From Planctomycetia bacterium TMED53 (GTDB lineage: Bacteria > Planctomycetota > UBA8108 > UBA1146): a stretch of 64,000 nucleotides of DNA. The stretch lies in assembly GCA_002167285.1 (NCBI GenBank), contig NHDG01000067.1, positions 88,153 through 152,152 on the forward strand, given 5' to 3'. A model generated the notes under the pieces. The model worked only from the letters and a program-made list of their open reading frames with translations, was not told the DNA's origin and ran no database searches. This document shows positions 57,583-64,000 of the stretch, piece after piece. Made by a program: the position numbers and the translations under genes. Within the stretch, counting starts at the first letter, position 1. Each line of letters opens with the position of its first letter.

Positions 57583-60500
57583 GTGAACATGTCACCAGAA
57601 AAGGAGTCCACTGAATCGGTCTCGCTGCCAAAGGGCAACGTGAAGCCTACCCGGACTCGCCAAGCTGCCCGTCGGCGCCATCGCATCATCCTCTTTCTGC
57701 TTCTGCCTATTCTACTTGCAGCAGTACTTTTTTGGGTTGCTGATAAAACTCTAAGCCCAGATCAGTTACAGCTTCGAACAAAAAACTTTTTGCAGGAGCG
57801 ACTCAGCACCGGATTCAGTATTGCCAAAGTTGAATGGCAGTGGCCCGCGAGCATCCTTGTAGAGGACCTCGTGATTCATTCTCCGGATGGAAGTCGCTTG
57901 CCCGAATTGGTGAGAATCGGCGAGCTCAATTTGGACCTTTCTCTGCTCAGCCTTTTGATGGGTGAGCTGAAAATTGCCAGAGTTGAATCAGACAACTCCA
58001 GCATCGTTCTCGAGCGCGACAACTTCGGAGACCTCACTCTTCTAACTGTCATCAGAGGTTCTACTGCCCCGGTGCAAGGACCTCTCACCTACGAAGATTC
58101 ATTGGAATTGAGGAGCGCCTCCCTGATCAAACCCCCCGAGTTAGTGATCAGAAATTTGGCGGTTCATACCTGTCCCGAAACTGTCGCACACAGTCCTCAA
58201 GGACTCGATATCAGCCAGTTACGCCTGGAAGTTTCGGCGGAGGATCCAGAGCTGTGGGTAATGGATGGTGTCGCCTTTGACTCTTCTGTGAAAAGCATTC
58301 GCCTAGACGGCGGTGGGCGTCTTTCAATGGGAGACTTCGAGCTAGTCCTAGAAGTTGACGAACTGACATTGAATGAGGATTTACGCAAACGTATTCCTCC
58401 AGCTCTTCGTCCAGTCTGGGATAAGTACAACCCCAGTGGTATCGCCTCTCTGAAACACGAACTTTTCTTTAGGGACACCCGTGAAATCCGCAATTCGATG
58501 ACCGTCAATATCTCTCGGGGCAGTTTGCGCTTGAGGGATCCGGAAGTCACTCTCGAGTCCCTTTCCGGCGAATTGACGATCACTCCTGATGCAATTTCAT
58601 TTAGAAACCCGCTGTCAGGAAAAGTCTTTGGTGCAGAAGCACAGTTGGTGGGTGCCATTCAGCTAGAGACCCTTGAGCCAGGGGCCTGCGAACTGCAAGC
58701 CTCTCTCAAAGGGCTCGCATTTGAACCTGAAATCTATGAGATCATCCCCGAAGCGGGTCAAAAAATCTGGGATCAATACAACCCTTCCGGAAAATTTGAT
58801 TTTCAAATTCAAGCGACAGGAGAAGAGTTCCCACCACAAGTCAGTGAGATATTACTGACACTGCACGAGACCGACGGGAATTATGCACCCTATCCATATC
58901 CATTGCGTAACATCGACGGAGATCTTCGTTACACACCAGGCCTATTGGAAATTGATCTCCAAGGAGGTCTTCCTGGATCTCCCGTAAGAGCGAGAGGCAG
59001 CTTTGAATTAATCACCGGCGGAAAACGGCACCTGCTTATCGAAGGATACAGTATCCCGATCGACGACCGGGTTCGAACTGCACTCGGAGATCGAATCGCA
59101 CCCTACTACGACGAGTATTCTCCTAGAGGAATCACGGACCTCGCAATCACGATGGAACGCTTGAGACTTGGAGAACCCCTCGATTTAAAAGTGATCGTCA
59201 AGCCAACGGACGCCAGCCTGTCCCACTACTATTTCCCTTATCGCATCGATGCTGTTCGTGGCGAGATCGTCTTCGATATCAGTGAAAGAAAAATTTTGCT
59301 CCGTGACCTCAGCGGGCTGCATGGAGTGAGCCCTGTCACTCTCAAGGCAGGCTTCGTAGACCTTGTCACCAAGGAGCTAGAGATCCCCATTGAAAGCCCT
59401 AAGTTGGTTCCCGATGAGGATCTACTCTCAGCGCTCCCAGATGACGTTGAGTCTCGGCTGAGATCACTCGACATCCTCAATGGAGGCGGAGCCCTTGAAA
59501 CGGTCGTTGAGCTATTCCGAAAAGATTCGCCGAAGTTAGGGGTCTACGTCCGTTCAAGGGTCGTCGAACCGCTCCAACTCAAGTATGACCGTCTTCCATA
59601 CCCTCTGATTTTTCATGGTGGACAAGTGATCTATTCCAGCTCCGAAGAACGGGTTCGACTCGATGATTTGTACACTGACCTCAATGCCTCACCGGTCATC
59701 AGAGTTTCTGGAGAAATTGGACCCGACGATTCAGCAGACCCCCTTGCTAAAGATTCAACACTTCTGGCGATTCGATTGAATGTAGAAGAGGGCAGTGGCG
59801 GTGGTGGATTATCCCTCTCCGATGAAGCTTTTGTCTCCAGTCTCCCTGAAGACCCCAAAGCATTCTTCGAAAGAATGCAACTCTCCGGCAATGTCACAGG
59901 AACCTTGGATGTGATCCACCAATACGGACTGGACCCATCCGGAAATGAGATTCAATCAGTTCAATACGACGCCAGGGGAGATCTTCGCAATGGAGGTCTC
60001 GATTTTGGCATCGACACCGACGACCTATCGGCAAAGTTTGAAGTTCATGGAGGAATCAAACCAGGAACGGGACACACCTTCTCTGGGCAGTTGCGAAATT
60101 TCACCCTTAATTTCAACAACTTCCTCGCCACCGTTCCTGAAGAGAGAACTCTCGATTTTACTTACGGGAAAGTTCACCCTCGTCTCAACCCTCGTGGCTC
60201 AGCTGCATACGATTTGCCAACCTCATGGGTCTTGGACCGCTTACCCAATGATCGCTCGCGCCTCTTTCAGGCTGAAATCGGTCCAGCAAGTATTTTTGGC
60301 GGTACTCTCGATGGCTTCTTCTTTGTTGATCTCCGTGATGCGGATGGCACATACGCGGGCGAAATCTTGGTTGACGGACTAAAACTTGAGGAGGGCTCAG
60401 GTAACCTCTTCGGTCGATCAGATATCGCCGGTAATACGCGGATCGACACGAGGTTTGCCGGATTGGTTGGGGTTAAAGGCTCAACCATTGGCGATGGTTC

Positions 60501-60867
60501 TTTCACCATCTCCAATGGCAATTTGGCCAGGATCCCCTTGGTAGCCGGAGCACTCATCAACCCCTTTGAAGGGCTCAACCGGCGTAACAATAAAATCAAA
60601 TCTGCCGAAGGCCAATTCTCCATCGCCAACTCCATGTTCGAGTTCAAGGGTATGGGATCTCTCAAGCTAGACAGCCCTACAGGTGCAATATTCGGTAAAG
60701 GGAAATTCGGCTTTGATACTTCGATTGACTTGGTCTTTGAACCACAGACTCTTGGGGGCACTCCGCTGATTTCCGATATCGCCAACCGACTTTTAAGATT
60801 CAGGGTGATGGGGACCATCGACGACCCTGAAATCACGATTCGCAAGGTCAAACAGCAAGAGCTGTAA
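57583..60867 (+). CDS. Large AsmA-like / TamB-like membrane-anchored beta-taco protein
   Basis: N-terminal TM, repeated beta-rich units (W.KYNPSG / YNPSG / YSPRG; PYPL / PYRI), C-terminal FRVMGTIDDP. Confidence 0.75.
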   Translation: MNMSPEKESTESVSLPKGNVKPTRTRQAARRRHRIILFLLLPILLAAVLFWVADKTLSPDQLQLRTKNFLQERLSTGFSIAKVEWQWPASILVEDLVIHSPDGSRLPELVRIGELNLDLSLLSLLMGELKIARVESDNSSIVLERDNFGDLTLLTVIRGSTAPVQGPLTYEDSLELRSASLIKPPELVIRNLAVHTCPETVAHSPQGLDISQLRLEVSAEDPELWVMDGVAFDSSVKSIRLDGGGRLSMGDFELVLEVDELTLNEDLRKRIPPALRPVWDKYNPSGIASLKHELFFRDTREIRNSMTVNISRGSLRLRDPEVTLESLSGELTITPDAISFRNPLSGKVFGAEAQLVGAIQLETLEPGACELQASLKGLAFEPEIYEIIPEAGQKIWDQYNPSGKFDFQIQATGEEFPPQVSEILLTLHETDGNYAPYPYPLRNIDGDLRYTPGLLEIDLQGGLPGSPVRARGSFELITGGKRHLLIEGYSIPIDDRVRTALGDRIAPYYDEYSPRGITDLAITMERLRLGEPLDLKVIVKPTDASLSHYYFPYRIDAVRGEIVFDISERKILLRDLSGLHGVSPVTLKAGFVDLVTKELEIPIESPKLVPDEDLLSALPDDVESRLRSLDILNGGGALETVVELFRKDSPKLGVYVRSRVVEPLQLKYDRLPYPLIFHGGQVIYSSSEERVRLDDLYTDLNASPVIRVSGEIGPDDSADPLAKDSTLLAIRLNVEEGSGGGGLSLSDEAFVSSLPEDPKAFFERMQLSGNVTGTLDVIHQYGLDPSGNEIQSVQYDARGDLRNGGLDFGIDTDDLSAKFEVHGGIKPGTGHTFSGQLRNFTLNFNNFLATVPEERTLDFTYGKVHPRLNPRGSAAYDLPTSWVLDRLPNDRSRLFQAEIGPASIFGGTLDGFFFVDLRDADGTYAGEILVDGLKLEEGSGNLFGRSDIAGNTRIDTRFAGLVGVKGSTIGDGSFTISNGNLARIPLVAGALINPFEGLNRRNNKIKSAEGQFSIANSMFEFKGMGSLKLDSPTGAIFGKGKFGFDTSIDLVFEPQTLGGTPLISDIANRLLRFRVMGTIDDPEITIRKVKQQEL

Positions 60868-60931
60868 TTCTATCGGTGCTTCTGGACCCCGGTCTAAATG
60901 AAGTCATCCTTCGCATATAAGCGAGGTGATT

Positions 60932-61423
60932 TTATCGGAGACTTAAAATGCGCTGGACTGATTGAATCAAATCTTGAGGCAGAAATGGTTTCCCCAGAAA
61001 TAGTGTCAGGTTTTCAGGGCTACAACTTTCTTCGACTTCCTCGAATGAAAACCCTGAAATCAAGAGCGTGGGAATCTGCGAACCCGCTTCACGCAACATC
61101 TTTAGAAACTGCAAGCCCGACATAGAATCTCGACCCAGTCGAATATCGGTGATCATTAAATCAAACTTTGAAACATCACTGGGGGTCAAATTTGAATTAG
61201 TACCCACTTGGGTACACTTAATGCCCAAATCCTCGATCACATCGACGACAATATCCCTGACAATCTCCTGATCATCGATCACGAGACAGCTGAGCTGATG
61301 AGTAACTTTGGATTGGGCTTCGAGCTCCACCGACTTCTGAGCGGATGCTTCACAGCTTGGAGATAGACCCTCAACCCAATCTGGGCATTCGGCAGAGATC
61401 GGTATATTTATCGATTGATTCAT
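60932..61423 (-). CDS. Stand-alone response regulator receiver protein
   Basis: LVIDD, ITDIRL, ISG, KPF. Confidence 0.88.
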   Translation of the reverse strand: MNQSINIPISAECPDWVEGLSPSCEASAQKSVELEAQSKVTHQLSCLVIDDQEIVRDIVVDVIEDLGIKCTQVGTNSNLTPSDVSKFDLMITDIRLGRDSMSGLQFLKMLREAGSQIPTLLISGFSFEEVEESCSPENLTLFLGKPFLPQDLIQSVQRILSLR

Positions 61424-61649
61424 GTGACCTACCCAATTCCCACAAACTCCACCTCATGGGTAATCAGAACGTCAGTAGTTACCAAACCAGTTCCCGGTCC
61501 AGTTGAAAACTTGCGAATATGGGGTGATCTACCCCATAAATCGCCTCCAGCATGACCTCCGAATATCGCCCCGATAAGGAGAAACTGGTCGCACATGATC
61601 GCTCGATGCGGAGCTCCTTCTAGACCATTATGCCAATTAGGAGGTTTCC

Positions 61650-63503
61650 ATGACTGACTCCACAACCAACTTCGATTCGATGACCGGCCTGATCGAGTGT
61701 GTTCCCAATATTTCCGAAGGAAGAGACCGCCAGAAAATTGACCAAATCGTGGCAGCTGCCACCGCCGTACCTGAAGTGAGATGTCTCGACGTCGATCCAG
61801 GATCCGATACGCACAGAACTGTGATCACTCTGGTCGGCCCACCTGGGCCCATCGCAGAAGCCGCATTTCGATTAGTTCGTGAGTCTTCACAGCTGATTGA
61901 CATGAGCCAACATCATGGAGCCCATGCACGCCATGGAGCGACAGACGTGTGCCCCTTTATCCCTGTCAGTGGTGTAACCATGGAAGATTGCATTGCAGTT
62001 GCCAGAAGCGTCGGCGAACGCATCGGTGCAGAACTCGAGATTCCGGTCTACATGTATGATCGAGCCGCCCTCCGAGAAGATCGCCGCTCTCTGGCAGATG
62101 TTCGCAGGGGGGAATACGAGGCGCTTCCTGAAAAGATGACTGACCCCGATTGGGCACCGGATTTCGGACCTTCCGAATTCAAGCCTGGACCAGGTGTAGT
62201 TACTGTAGGCGCCAGAGAATTTTTGATCGCGTACAACGTCAACTTAAACACCAGAGACAAGCCAAAGGCCGATGACCTCGCTATGGAGATTCGGGAAAAA
62301 GGGCGAGCAGTCCGCATCGATCAAAAGACTCCTTATTACTCAAGCGGGAAGCTCTTACGTTATTCCATTTCAGATCAGCAGTGGCCTTCCAATCTAACCG
62401 GAGAAATTTTCGACTCTCGTGAAGCCCTGGATCAACACCTGCAAGAAAATGGGACTAGCCTTGCCGACGAGGTCGCATTTTTTGGACAAGATTGCGATGC
62501 CCTCGATGGGGAAATGGTGATGAAGCGAGGAACTTTTGAGCACTGTCGAGCAGTCGGTTGGGTCATCCCCGAATACGGACGAGCTCAAATCTCCATCAAT
62601 CTAACCGATTTCAATGTGACCAATATGCACCATGTCGTCGATGCCTGTCGTGATCTTGCAGAATCGAGAGGGTTGGTGATCACCGGCTCTGAATTAGTTG
62701 GAGTCGTTCCATATCGCGCAATCCGTGAGAGCGGAGAGCACTACCTTCGTAGCCAAGGCTCAAGTAGTGGCATCCCTGTGAAAGACATCATCGCAACTGC
62801 AGTTCAATCCCTCGGTCTTGATGACCTTGCACCCTTTGACTTGAACGCCACTGTCCTAGGAATGCCCACTACCCGTGGAGAATTGACTTCCATGGAAATT
62901 CACGAATTCACGGACGAAGTCTCGCGAGATTCGCCAGCCCCCGGAGGTGGATCGATCGCGGCACTCGCTGGATCTCTCGGCGCAGCGCTCACTTCAATGG
63001 TGGCCAACTTGACCTTTGCCAAGCGGAAGTACCGTAAAAGACAACCAGAGATGGAAGAACTGGCGAAGGATGTACAAAGACTGAAAGACGATTTATTGCG
63101 AGCAGTGGATGAAGACACGGCCGCTTTTGAAGAAGTCATCCAAGCCATGAGACTTCCTCAAGGAAATCCAGAGCAAGAAGACCTACGAAAAAAGGCGATT
63201 GAATCTGGCTATCGACACGCCACTGAAGTCCCGATGAATACCGCTCGCCTGTGCCTCGAAGTACTCGAGCTTGCAGCCGGAGCTGTAAATAGGGGAATGC
63301 CTGCGAGCGTCACCGATGCCGGAACAGCATGCTGGATGGCCCGCGCAGGGGTAGAGAGCGCTCTCTACAATGTTCGGGTTAACTTGGGTGAATTACAGGA
63401 TTCTGAATGGAAGTCGTCAATTATCGAGGAATCCCACCAAATTTCTGCCCAAGCAGACCAATTCTTGGAGGATTCACGTCTACAAATCGATAAAATCCTG
63501 TGA
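61650..63503 (+). CDS. ftcd: Bifunctional glutamate formimidoyltransferase / formimidoyltetrahydrofolate cyclodeaminase
   Basis: IECVPNISEGR, HRTVIT, GATDVCPFIP, GAREFLIAYN; SPAPGGGS, YNVRVNL. Confidence 0.95.
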   Translation: MTDSTTNFDSMTGLIECVPNISEGRDRQKIDQIVAAATAVPEVRCLDVDPGSDTHRTVITLVGPPGPIAEAAFRLVRESSQLIDMSQHHGAHARHGATDVCPFIPVSGVTMEDCIAVARSVGERIGAELEIPVYMYDRAALREDRRSLADVRRGEYEALPEKMTDPDWAPDFGPSEFKPGPGVVTVGAREFLIAYNVNLNTRDKPKADDLAMEIREKGRAVRIDQKTPYYSSGKLLRYSISDQQWPSNLTGEIFDSREALDQHLQENGTSLADEVAFFGQDCDALDGEMVMKRGTFEHCRAVGWVIPEYGRAQISINLTDFNVTNMHHVVDACRDLAESRGLVITGSELVGVVPYRAIRESGEHYLRSQGSSSGIPVKDIIATAVQSLGLDDLAPFDLNATVLGMPTTRGELTSMEIHEFTDEVSRDSPAPGGGSIAALAGSLGAALTSMVANLTFAKRKYRKRQPEMEELAKDVQRLKDDLLRAVDEDTAAFEEVIQAMRLPQGNPEQEDLRKKAIESGYRHATEVPMNTARLCLEVLELAAGAVNRGMPASVTDAGTACWMARAGVESALYNVRVNLGELQDSEWKSSIIEESHQISAQADQFLEDSRLQIDKIL

Positions 63504-63588
63504 CCAGGCGAAACAGTGCCATTTTTGCGGGGTTCCCCTTATGGCGACTCTGCATTCGATTCGCCACTTCGCCTTGTGAAAGGAAATC

Positions 63589-64000
63589 ATGAAGATTTAC
63601 CTCGCCATCCTCGGGTTGCTGAGCGCATTCAGCATCGCTGCCCTGATTCAACAGAGCGGCACCCTCGAAGAGACGCAGAATGAAGTTCAGCGCTCTCAAA
63701 AGACCATCGAAGTTTTAAGAAATAGGCTCGAATCTCTTGAGCAAAATTCTGAACAACAGATTGAAACACAGGTCTTTACATACACTGGTTCAGCCAACAC
63801 TACCGAAGCCGATATTCCTGAGGAATTGGTAACCGCTTTGGCAAACAGGCTTACTCAAGACCCTGTGAGCATGCAGGCGATAGCCCGAGAAGTTCCGCGC
63901 AGCAGAGGAGATTCCGAAGCGACTGGACTTGCGGCCATCAGCGCGAAGGAATTTGATACTCAAATTCGTGACACCATCGAAGCCATCGAAGAAGAAGAGC
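63589..64000 (+). CDS. Membrane-anchored coiled-coil hypothetical protein, truncated by the right edge of the window
   Basis: RBS AAAGGA + ATG 63589, MKIYLAILGLLSAFSIAALIQQ...; not closed by a stop in the ORF track. Confidence 0.7.
   Translation, partial: MKIYLAILGLLSAFSIAALIQQSGTLEETQNEVQRSQKTIEVLRNRLESLEQNSEQQIETQVFTYTGSANTTEADIPEELVTALANRLTQDPVSMQAIAREVPRSRGDSEATGLAAISAKEFDTQIRDTIEAIEEEE

Overview
64 kb of a bacterial chromosome, mostly housekeeping genes. It is probably a Gram-negative Planctomycetota-like organism; this is inferred from dockerin-like C-terminal tags, the ECF sigma factors, a short P-II and LptFG. Recognisable genes include hflX, aas, lptFG, cystathionine beta-synthase/gamma-lyase, nagB, selB, an RluB-type pseudouridine synthase, a DEAD-box helicase, rpoN, pgpA-pgsA-rimO, ftsK, split coaB/coaC, rpoZ-gmk-yicC-secG-tpiA, tsaB-alr and a fused FTCD. 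I found no rRNA, tRNA, CRISPR array or mobile element. Most notable observations: (1) two unrelated exported hydrolases (a PHP/CehA-McbA-type metallohydrolase and an M1 aminopeptidase) both end in a GspG/T2SS major-pseudopilin-like globular domain that lacks a prepilin N-terminus, suggesting an undescribed C-terminal docking or display tag; (2) an exported thioredoxin-fold selenoprotein that the ORF track splits at an in-frame UGA (U-P-P-C), with a SECIS-like hairpin; it sits behind a SigR-like promoter next to a SigR-like ECF sigma whose own gene has a consensus sigma-54 promoter; (3) a translationally coupled PP2C phosphatase - STAS - non-canonical P-II module directly upstream of rpoN; (4) several short perfect repeats and palindromes in intergenic DNA. 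All calls come from manual reading and motif recognition. No database searches were run.
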